Below, piece after piece: positions 25,575 through 36,730 of a stretch of DNA of 64,000 bases. The position numbers and the translations under genes are program-made. Each line of letters starts with the position of its first letter. The stretch's first letter is position 1. A model generated the notes under the pieces. The model ran no database searches. It saw nothing but the letters and a program-made list of their open reading frames with translations, and was not told where the DNA came from. The DNA is taken from NCBI GenBank assembly GCA_047495785.1, contig JBLDXI010000020.1:3100001-3164000 (forward strand), given 5' to 3'. The stretch is from Lepidodermella squamata. Lineage: Eukaryota; Animalia; Gastrotricha.

Positions 25575-28073
25575 ACGGCAATTTGATACAGTCAGTCCTC
25601 GCCATAGTACAGTCCGATATAGTACACTTATTCGTCATAGTAGACGTTAAGGCCGGTCCCAATTATGAGCTAACAAGGTAACTATGACTCGCAAGGGTAC
25701 ACTTTTCGTTTAGGTACACCGTTTTCTTGTCTCCCGTGAAAGTGTACAATAGCGAATTCTGACTGTATATAACAATAGTGATTCTTTCAAAATTTGAAAT
25801 GTCGTGGGTTCGAACCCCAAGCTCTCGTTTAACTTCTCTCTAAAGATTTATTTCAACCTCATGCTCTCGCTGTTAGCGATTTCTTCGTCACCGAGTTTAA
25901 TTCAATTTATTCATGTCATTCAATTGTACTCTGATCAATTTTTTCAACTATGTTCCGAAACTGTGAAACCTCGAAAAGGGAGCTCGAGGGTTCGAACTCA
26001 AGCTCTCGTTTAACCGCTCTCATGCTTCGTTCTCAGCGTAGTAGTTATCATCGACATCGATTTAACTTGTGGATGTAATTCGATTGTACCCTGCTTAATT
26101 TGTTACTCAACTTTTTTGAAAATTTGAAATTTCAAAGGAAGGTCGTGGTTTCGAAGCCAAGCTCTTGTTCTTTCGCTCTCTAACGCTTTCTTTCATCATC
26201 ATGCGTTTTCAGCGTTTTTGCCACCGGCAACGTCAATTCAACTCTATATTTTTATAAACGCCATAGATGCGATATCATAACTGAGCTACGTAGGCTGCTT
26301 AGTTCCTGCAGATACCTTGATACTGTCTATCAATAGGTTTAAACGTTGTAGACGACATGGTGTTCACTCGGTGTGTTCCCTGAATTTTTGGAAAAATGCT
26401 ATAAGAGCAATATGAAATAACGCAAATGATATTTTTTCTATGAGCTCATGGCAAAGATGTTATTGGACGCAAGATATGTAAAGATTGCCTATCAGTAATG
26501 CCAATAACTACAATGAATTGATGTACCATCATCGTTTACAGGGAATACGGAAATACTCAGTCCGAATATTTATAGACGAATCGGTTTTCACTCGGTGTGT
26601 TCCCAATTTTATACGGAAATCGTGATTGTACCCTGCTTAATTTCTTAAAAGATTTTTTTGTAAATTTTTGGAGGCGAAAGAAAGGTGGAGGTTCCAAAGA
26701 AAGGTTCGAACCCATGCTTTCGTTTACTGCTCTCCAGGGCGACAAGAGATCATAAATTGACGAAAGATATAAGTGAGCAAACTACAAAAGAGCAAGTCTT
26801 ATTACTGTTAAAATCCAAGGTCCAAAGTCCAAGGCTCAAGGCCCAAGGTTCAAGGTCCAAGGTCGAAGCCAAGCTCTCGTTCAAGTGTTCTCCGAGGATT
26901 TCCATCATCTTAATGCATTCGTTCTTGGGGATACCGTCATCACCGACATCGATACAACCTGTCGATGTTATTTAATTGCACCATGCTAAATGTTTTCCAG
27001 CAATTTATTCCGATTTTGTGTCTCGTTCAAGCCAGAGAAACTGCGTTATCTACACTCTACCCGTCAAGCGTCCACTATTTATTCCAGAGTACCTTGAACT
27101 TCGAGATTCCCTATATGATTCCTACTGAAATGCATCAGCGATATCGATTCACCTTGTGGATGTGATTGAGACGTATTCTGTTTAATTATTTCGAATAATT
27201 TGTTAAAACTTCCAAATTCTAAACGAAGCTCGTGGGCTCGAACCCAAGCTGTTCTTGAGTGACTTCTTTCATCCTCATGCTCTCGTTCTCAGCGTCATCT
27301 TCATTCTTCATACTCATCACCGACATCGATTTCACTTGTCAAAGCTATTTTAAAAATTTGAGGCCAAAGGAAGGTCGAGGGTTCGAACCCAAGCGTTGTT
27401 TACTGTTCTTCAGGCCGCCGGAAGATGATAAATTGACGATAGATACAAAAGAGCAAATCTTATTATGATAAATTCAAAGGTCCAAGGTCGTGGGCTCGAA
27501 CCCAAGTGCTCTCCAATAATATCTTTCATCCTCATTATTTGGTTCTCGGCGTTATCGTCATCACTGACATGGATTCAAAATATACTTGTCATTCAATTGG
27601 ACCCTGTTTTATTATCCTTGCTATTCAATTGTAACCTCAACAACTTAAAACGAAGGTCCAAGGTCAAAGGTCCACGTTCCAAGGTCCAAGGTCCAAGGTC
27701 GTGGGTTCGGACCCAAGCTCTCGTTTAGCTGCTTTCCTATGATTCCAATGATCATCCTCATGCTTTCGTACTCACCGTTATGTCATCACCGACATCGATT
27801 CAACTTGTCGATGTTATTCAGTTGTACCTTGATCAATTTTTTCCAAGCATCTTTTGAAAATTTCAAATTCCAAAGAACGGTCCTAGGTTCGAACCCAAGC
27901 TCTCGATCTTTTGCTCTGTAACGCCTTCTTTCATCCTCATGCTCTCGTTCTCGGCGTTAACGTCATCACTGACATCGATTTAACTTGTACATGTTATTCA
28001 ATTCCTACCTGCTTAATTTGTGATAAGTGTTTTTTTGAAAATTTCAAAGGAAGGTCGTGGGCTCGAACCCAAG

Positions 28074-28410
28074 CTTTCGTTTAACTGCTCCCCGATGAGA
28101 TTAACCTAGATTAATGATAGCGTGGTACAAGAAACACGATAACATAACATAACTGAACAAAGCCTCCATACAACCGAAAGGCGACTTTGTTGTTAGTGTC
28201 TAGTTCAAGCCGAATCACTTAGTGAAAGGAGAAACAGCGTTATCTACGTTTCTCCTTTCACTAAGTGATTCGGCTTGAACTAGACACTAACAACAAAGCT
28301 CGCCTTTCGGTTGTATGGAGGCTTTGTTCAGTTATGTTATGTTATCGTGTTCTTGTACCACGCTTATTCATTAATCTAGGTTTAATTCTTCGGGAGCCAG
28401 TTAACGAAAG
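28074..28410. repeat. Long fold-back inverted repeat (~160-bp arms, 12-nt loop at 28236-28247)
   Basis: ...cacttagtgaaaggagaaac agcgttatctac gtttctcctttcactaagtg... Inner arms are perfect; outer arms differ by single-base indels. Confidence 0.9.
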
Positions 28411-30618
28411 TCGTGGGTTCGAAGCCCAAGCTTTTGTTTACTGCTCTCCAGGCCGAAAAGAGATCATAAATTGAAGATGGATACAAGAGAGCAAACTACA
28501 AAAGAGCAAGTCTTATTACTGTTAAATTCCAAGGTCCAAAGTCCAAGGCTCAAGGCCCAAGGTTCAAGGTCCAAGGTCGAAGCCAAGCTCTCGTTCAAGT
28601 GTTCTCCATGGATTTCTGTCATCCTAATGCATTCGTTCTTTGCGTTAAAGAGCAGGGAATGCGAAAACTGTTCAAAGTCAATAAAAATACGTGTAGACGA
28701 TTCAGTGTTAAGGCGGTTTGTTCCTCTTTATTTTGATAAAACGCCATAGCTGCGATAACATGATATGACTGAGCTTCGTAAGCTGGTTTTGACCTTAAAA
28801 TATGTAAAATATGTAAAATTATCCTAAAATCTGTAGATAAATATAAGTCAAGGTCGATTGAAAAAGCCTGCGGCAAATAATTTGTGCATTTTGCACATTA
28901 ATCTGTGGGTTTACCCGTAATCGACTACAGAGAATCCGAATATGACATCCATTTTATTATAAAGAGGGGCCCACGAGAGACCAACAATGCAAGCTAACGA
29001 CAAATGAGCAAACGACAAAACGGCAATATAAATATAAGTCATGGTCGATTGAAAAAGCCTGCGGCAAATAATTTGTGCATTTTGCACATTAATCTATGGG
29101 TTTAAGTACTAATGATAGCGTGGTACAATAACAAACACGTTGACATATGATATCTCAACGAAGCCGTCATTCACCAGATCTGGATACGGAATCCTCGCCA
29201 TTTAATTCAACCTTGATTAATATTTTGCAAACATTTTTCGAAACTTTGAAGTATCCAAGTAGGGTCCAAAAATTGGATTGTTTTACCCTGATTGTTTTTT
29301 ACAACAACCTCTCGAAACTTCGAAACTTCAAAACATGGTCGTGGGTTCGAACCCGATCACTCTTTTTTCTACTCTTCAATTTGTTCTTTAACCTAATTCT
29401 TGCATCCGTATGATCTCGTTCTCGGCGTTTTCGTCATCAGCAACATCGAATAAACTTATCCTTGTCATTCAATTGTATCCTGATCAATTATTATTAATTT
29501 GTTTACCAAAATTTGAATTTCCAAAAGAAGGCCGATTGTTTGTTACACTTCAGCTCAAACCTTCTTGTTTCGTTCCTTCCGTTCTCTTCATCAGTGACAT
29601 CGATTCTCCCAATTCATGTCATTCAATTGTTACCCCGATTAATTGTTACAACAACCTCTCGAAACTTCGAAACTTCAGCTCAAACCTTCTTGTTTCGTTC
29701 CTTCCGTTCTCTTCATCAGTGACATCGATTCTCCCAATTCATGTCATTCAATTGTTACCCCGATTAATTGTTACAACAACCTCTCGAAACTTCGAAACTT
29801 CGGCTCAAACCTTCTTTTTTGTTCTTTTTGCGTTCTCGTCATCAGTGAGATCGATTCTCCCAATTCATGTCATTCAATTGTTACCCCGATTAAATGTTAC
29901 AACAACCTCTCGAAACTTCGGAACTTCGGCTCAAACCTTCTTTTTTGTTCTTTTTGCGTTCTCGTCATCAGTGAGATCGATTCTCCCAATTCATGTCATT
30001 CAATTGTTTTGAATGACATGAATTCATTTTATTAAATTCTTACACCGATTAATTTTTACAACAACCTCTCGAAACTTGGAAAATTAAACTCAAACCTTCT
30101 TGTTTTGTTCTTTGCGTTCTCGTCATCTCGTCATCTCGTCATCTCGTCAACTTGAATACATTCACTATTTTTTTCTACGTTTTCTTTCTTTGTGGTTTCC
30201 TTATTTTTATTTTCTAAACTTCATGTTTTCCTTTCTGGCGTTCTTGTCATCAGTCGAAACTGTCGAATCTTCGAAACTTTAAACCATGCTCGTTGTTTCG
30301 AATCCTATCTCTTCTTTTCTCTTCTTTTCGTCTTTTCGCTCTCAAATTGTATTCACTATGTTCTTTCTTTCTTTGCGTCCTCGGCATCAGGGACATCATT
30401 CTACCAATCCATTCTACCAATGTCATTCGATTGTTACCGTGATTGTTTACTACAAGAAATTCTTGCAACTTCGTAACTTCAAAACATGGTCGTGGTTTCC
30501 AACTCGATCTCTCGTAGTTTCACTCTCCGAACTTTCTTGTTTTCTTTCTTTGCGTTCTTGTAATCAAAGACATCGATTCTACTAATTCAGGCCATTCAAC
30601 TGTACCTCAAATGTCATC

Positions 30619-31241
30619 AACGTTGGGGTGAGGGGGAAGCATCATCCCCTCCAATGACGTGGAGGGGATCTCGTAGGGGTGGTTAGAGTCCTTCCGCCGT
30701 GCGCAGCACCCAGGAGAGTAGAGAAAAAGAAAGAAAAGGCTAGCGCAGCGTTAGCCTTGTGGAACTCTCCTGGATGGGGGCGCGATATGAGAGTTCCGAA
30801 GGAACGTAGTTCCTTACAAGTGTTTTACACATACGCCGTAGATTACCACGAACGAAGTGAGATACCTTCCGAAAGGCACCCCCCGGGAACGAGTTGGTTA
30901 ATAGGACATACTCAGATCAACTTACCCGATTTATGGTGGTATCCTGGACCCCTCAGGACCTCCCAGAAGTTTTTTCAGCTCAATCGGAGCTTCCGTTGAT
31001 TTTCTAGAAATTAGGACGGTTTTTTCTTATTTTACCGTATTTTTTGGTCACGTGACCTGAAATGGGTAGTATATGAGGGGACAGTAGGAGGATATGATAG
31101 GTACACCAAAAAACAAACCACGCTGACCAAAGCTTCCCAGCCAGCTGACAGGCTGGCCCCTCGCCCCTGGGGGAGAGGGGCCCACAATAGATCAACAATG
31201 CAAGCTCGCGACTAAAGAGCAAACGACAAAAAGGCAATATA
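30619..31241 (+). repeat. Module M copy 4 (most divergent 5' half)
   Basis: Variant of M. Its 3' half and downstream flank match copy 2. Confidence 0.88.
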
Positions 31242-33772
31242 AATAAAATGCAAGGTCAATTGAAAAGACGTGAGGCAAATAAATTGTGAATTATGCATTT
31301 AAAGCAACAGAATTACCCGTAATCGACTACGGAGAATCCGAATACGACATTCATTTTGTTAAAGCAATGATAATCCAATGATAATCACTTCAACAAATTT
31401 CGCGCTCGAGCAGCTGCGTTACGGACTACGGAGAATCCGAATATGACATTTATTTCATTATCGAAATATGATAACCCATGATAACCCTTCAAACCATTTT
31501 CGCCCTCCTTTTACCCACTTTCGCCGCGCCACTTGCGTATTTTCACCACGAGTTGCGTATCTTTCACCACCTAACAACTTACGACGCATCACTGTTGAGG
31601 TAAGAAACTTCGAACAAGCACTTCAAATTATGCGCCACATCGACCCATCGACATCGAGCTGCGTATCGCTGAGGACCATCTCATCATTGTTGTAAATTCA
31701 GTCATTCATGTACACTGATGATTGTTATACGTTATACGTATGTGTTCCTTGTGATATGAGTTCTTTGAGAACCTTGTGGAATATGTGTTAAACGTGATTC
31801 ACCACAAAAGATCCGCCTTGAAACACAGCTAACTTACACTGCCTTTTTGTGTCCATTGCCATAGAAGGTGCATTTTGCACATTAATCTATGGGTTTACCC
31901 GTAATCGACTACGGAGAATCCGAATATGACATCCATTTTATTATAAAGCAATCCTAACCCCATGATAATCCTTCCAATAATTTTCCAAAAATGTTCCGGC
32001 TCGCGCGGCTGCGCCGCACTCGCTGAAAGAGTTGCGTAACTTTAACCACCTTACAACTTAACGAATCCTCACCGATGAGGTAAGAAACTTGCAAGTGTGA
32101 ATATGCACAGTTTCACATAGCAAAAACCAGCAAGTTGGACATGGCACCCCATTAAAAAACCAAATTAGCCAAATTAGCTGAACATGTTCTTTACGAAGAA
32201 ATGTTTCATATTTCGACGTTTTCGTCATCAACAATTTTTTATATTATTTAATTCAACCCTGCTTGATATTTTACAAACATTATTCGAAACTTCTAAGAAA
32301 GGTCCATAAAGTTTCACATTTCACAAAATGCATTTTTATTTTTCATTCATGCTACTACGAAGTACTAATGATAGCGCGGTACAATAACAAACACGTTGAC
32401 ATATGATATCTCAACGAAGCCGTCATTCACCAGATCTGGATACGGAATCCTCGCCACTTAATTCAACGTTGATTAATATTTTGCAAACATTTTTCGAAAC
32501 TTTTAAGTATCCCAGTAGGGTCCAAAAAGTTCAACATTTCCCTTGACAATACCCTCGGGAAGTAGCTGTAGCGCCAGTTTTTTCGAGCTGTACGGCTCTG
32601 TGATGCATTACTCAAATTTCGAACTCGTAAATGGGAGGGAAACCAGATCCTTCACAACTTCACTGGTCTTCTTTTTATAACAAAATCATTCCATCCCATA
32701 TCTTGCGTCACACGCCGCGTTCACACGCGCATGATTGAGGTTGGAGGTCTTCGACTTTAAAATGATAACCCTACCAGCAATCCGTGCTAACGATTACGTC
32801 AGCCGGGAAAGTTCATCTTTTTCGGACCTTCATCAGCGGGAACGATTACGTCTCATAAAAAAACTAGTTGTTCCCTTCCACGGTCCCGTATATTTCGCGT
32901 TGCAGAGATTGTGGATGTTCCCCAGGCAAAATTGAACTTTAAAGTACAAGTTCCCAACTGCCGTATCGCGCGGAATAATTACTGCAAAGGTTTACCTGCC
33001 ATTCTCGTTATCACTTCTAAATAACGTAAAACAGTCTCGTATCAATTTCGTTGATTTTCGATTTTCACTACATTTAAGGAAAATATATAGTTGGTGCTTG
33101 ACGTACCGAAAAATGAGTGTGTAGTCTGATTCAATGTTAGGGTTCGTATTGTTCGCTTTTAGAGCGGCGTCCTTTTCAAGCTTCACTTTCCGCCCCGTTC
33201 ACTTTCAAAGGAAGGTCGAGGGTTCGAACCCAAGCTTTCGTTGAACTGCTCTCTAATGATTTCTGTCAACATGCTCTCGCTGTTGGCGATATTTGGTCAT
33301 CGACTTCAATTCAACTTCAATTCAATCCTTGTCATTCAATTGTAACCTCAACAATTTGTTTTTCAAGAAATTACCGAAACTTCGGATAGTCGTTGGTTCG
33401 AACCCAAACCCTCGTTCAACTGCTCAGCAACGATTTCTTTCATCCGTATGCTCTCAATCTTGGCGTTAACGTCGTTACCGAAATCGATTTACCTTGTACA
33501 TGTTATTCAATCGCACCCTGCTTGAATTAGTATGCCAATTTTTTGAAAATTTAAAAGTTAAAAGGTCGAGGTTTCGAACCCAAGCTTTCGTTGAACTGCT
33601 TTGTGATGATTTCGTTCTCCTTCATGCAGCCAGAAGCTCTTGACGTCTAAATGCTCTCGTTTTCGGCGTCAACGTCATTACCGAGATCGATTCAGTTTGT
33701 ACATTCAATCGCTCCCTCCTTCAATTTTTATAACAATCTCGTCATCAGTGACATGGATTCTACCAATTCATG

Positions 33773-34057
33773 AGCAGTAGGAATCGGCCGATCCTAGGCC
33801 AGCCACCTCAAAATAAAATTTTCATCTTTTATCATATTCTCCGCGGCAAATCTTCGGCTTTTCGCATAGCCCATGCGAAATGCAAAAATCATCACCAACG
33901 AGTCAAAATCACCGCCTAGGCATATCCAGCTCAAATTAAATTGAGTTTCACCGAACATCAGAATTTTCCGCTCTAAAAAATTTGAGAATAGCCTGAAAAG
34001 GGGTTGTTTTCAGAACACCACCTAGAAATGAAATTTACTCCGGATAAGACGCCCTGC
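33773..34057 (+). repeat. Left TIR of the Polinton
   Basis: Reverse complement of 57921-58205, about 21 mismatches in 285 bp by manual alignment. Confidence 0.93.
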
Positions 34058-34538
34058 GCACTGTTTTTTCATTGCTAAAGGGTTACCCGTCAATCATGCG
34101 ACGACGCCTGTGTAAATTTTGAATTTTCCGCCAAAGTAAAAAAGCATGCGGCAAATAATTATTAAATAAAAAAATAAAACATATCAATTTATTATTCCTA
34201 GTTAACATACATTCTGAAAATGAAGAAAATAACATAAACTTTTTTTTTATTCAAAGTGACCTTGACCGCAAGGTGCGTGGCGTGCACGGAACAGCCAAAA
34301 CGAGTTTTTTCATGCTCTGGAACCTTCTTCCGGCGCTTTTAAACCGCTGCAGCTCCGCAGATCAGTATCATTCATGCGAATTACAACTTAACTCAATCGT
34401 TTCAGATAATGAATTTCGCGATTCTGTATTTTTTATAATTTTATAATTTATAATTTATTAATTTATTTTAAATAATATTTTTGAATAAATTCATTTTTAT
34501 TTATTTTTATTTATCTGTTTATTTTTAGATAAATTAAA

Positions 34539-35243
34539 ATGAATAATCTGGAAGACCTGGCCAATCAACTTGGAGCTAGTCATGCGAAATCTACTCTAAA
34601 AATTCTGGAGGAGATGGGCTTATCGGCAGCAGAACGACAGCCAATTGCTAAGGAGATAGATCGCATCAAGCCAAAGAAAGCAAAACTTATGAATAAAATT
34701 CAATACAATCAGCAATTAATTAAATCAATCTTAGATAGGTGGCGACAAGATGAAAAAGTGAGTCTTTTTTTTTTATTTATGTTATGTCAACTGTTTTCTT
34801 AATATTTTTAGACTCCAAATCTTCACGCGCATAGAATTGGAGAATTATACAATCTTGTCATTTCTGCCGATACCGATATGCTTAGGAAAATGTTGGATTA
34901 CTTAAAAACTTGCTTCTTACCCAGTAGTAATAGTGCAATTCTACAGACATATTATGATGACTTAAGCAATCTACTCAATCTTACTAAAGATACTGTTTTC
35001 TTTGTCTTGGAATATCATGTACTCGCTGTTAATTTAGAACAAGTCAAGGGAAAGGCTAAAGATATGGTAGCGAAGAAGTTAGCAAATGTGAACAATGTTA
35101 TTGATAGTGCCATTCCTTCTATTATGAATCCTTTTAGTCTACCTTCTCTTCAATCTAGCAATCATCCTGGATCTGATGTTGCCAACTCTTCGCTTGAAAT
35201 TGATGAGATTTGTGACCAGTTGAAGGGAATAGCATCTGAATGA
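34539..35243 (+). CDS. Spliced hypothetical Polinton cargo protein A (~216 aa)
   Basis: Exons 34539-34757 and 34812-35243. The GT-AG intron joins ORF 34539 in frame to ORF 34878. Confidence 0.6.
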
Positions 35244-35337
35244 GTGTTCAATCTATTTCTGAAAATTATGTTATGAACAATTATTTTGAAAAACCAAGTT
35301 CAATAAATCTGCAATTACAATCTTTCTATATTTTTAG

Positions 35338-36260
35338 ATGAATGTTAGCAAAATATTTACTGATGCTATTGGGCGTGGGCGAAAGAAAACCAGAAATTCT
35401 CTGAAGCTCCGAATCGCGAAGAAATTCCATGCTGGCATCATGGCCCATAATAAGGATCTCAATGAAGTTCTGGCCTTCGTTGAAAAAGTCCGTCAATCGA
35501 AGCCTAATGAGCCAATGAAGCGCGTCATCGACTTGGCTAAGAAACTTCCTGACGTTTCTTTGATTGAACCAGTTGAAACTAAGCGTCCGACGAAACCGAA
35601 GAAAAAACGTGCTGGCGAAGAGGCTGAATATCAAGTCGTCGGCGACAACAGCGATGATGAATCTGGTATAGATGAAACAAGAGATGACGATGACGTAGCT
35701 TCTAATCATACGGCCTCCACTGAAGCTAGTAACGATGTTATTAAGGTACTGTATTAATTATTAATTGCTCGGAATTAAAACGATTCTGTCTTTAGATTTA
35801 CGGCGCCGAATATGATATTAGCAGCAACGACAAAATTTGTGATATGTTTGTTAAATTGTATAATGCTAGTTATGATGGTATTGCGAACTTAACTTCTATC
35901 ACTGATTCCCGTTCTGTAGAATCGATTGTAGAGTTTGTAAAAGAAAAGCAAAAATCGTTCAATAAGATTAAAGGCCTACAATTGTTATGTTCTTACTATA
36001 CTGCCGAAGCCGTCGATAAACTTTATGGAATGTTTGAAGATAAGAAAGAATTCTATAAACTTGTTTCTGTACAATTCAACTTCGGTAAAACATGGATATC
36101 TTATCTCTTAAAACTATTCAAATATTATAGATCATATCCAAAGCTTATGAATTGTGCCATCCCGCTTAAACAAATGCTCTACTTAGCTGAAAATACTTCT
36201 ATTCTAACATTCTTAGCTGGTAATAAAGCATTTTATGAGACATTAGGATCCAGAGTGTGA
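35338..36260 (+). CDS. Spliced hypothetical Polinton cargo protein B (~290 aa; basic NLS-like and acidic tracts, helical C-terminal domain)
   Basis: Exons 35338-35745 and 35796-36260 join in frame through a GT-AG intron. Contains KRPTKPKKKR and DDNSDDES-like tracts. Confidence 0.6.
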
Positions 36261-36286
36261 TTACTTAAGCGTATCTCGTAAACTTG

Positions 36287-36601
36287 AAATCTTATGAATT
36301 ATAAAATCTCATATTATGTGATCATTATTATCATGGTATGTTACAGATTTGCGTTGTTCACCCAGGTGAACGTGAAATTCTGTTACAATCCTTTCATCGT
36401 TAAATCTTATGAATTATAAAATCTCGTATTATGTGTTCATTATTATCATGGTATGTTACAGATTTGCGTTGTTCACCCAGGTGAACGTGAAATTCTGTTA
36501 CAATCCTATCATCGTTAAATCTTATGAATTATAAAATCTCGTATTATGTGTTCATTATTATCATGGTATGTTACAGATTTGCGTTGTTCACCCAGGTGAA
36601 C
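36287..36601. repeat. 115-bp tandem repeat, ~2.7 copies, between convergent genes
   Basis: Units start at 36287, 36402 and 36517. Each contains the hairpin gttcacccaggtgaac. Confidence 0.9.
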
Positions 36602-36730
36602 AGTGTGCTATTAATTGAATCAGTCGAGCTTGATTGAATGATCAAAATTATGATTAATGCCTAATAAAATTAATAAGGAATAAGTAATAAGTACCGGTGT
36701 TTTTATCTGTAGTAATAGCAGCTTTACACA

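Larger units (their letters stand above)
24060..33766. repeat. Degenerate satellite-like family related to the 180-bp unit, interleaved with M copies
   Basis: Recurrent blocks tcgtcatcag..catcgattct..caattcatgtcattcaattgt, cgaaacttcgaaactt and aaggtcgtgggttcgaaccc. Confidence 0.8.

Noticed and set aside
26815-28580. (TCCAAGG)n heptamer runs as nuclear-receptor sites or telomeric repeats
   Set aside because: Short degenerate slippage expansions of the satellite's aaggtc segment; nothing supports a function.
22478-33186. Many 60-200 aa ORFs in M and the satellite region
   Set aside because: They are translations of repeats, low in complexity, with frames not conserved between copies.
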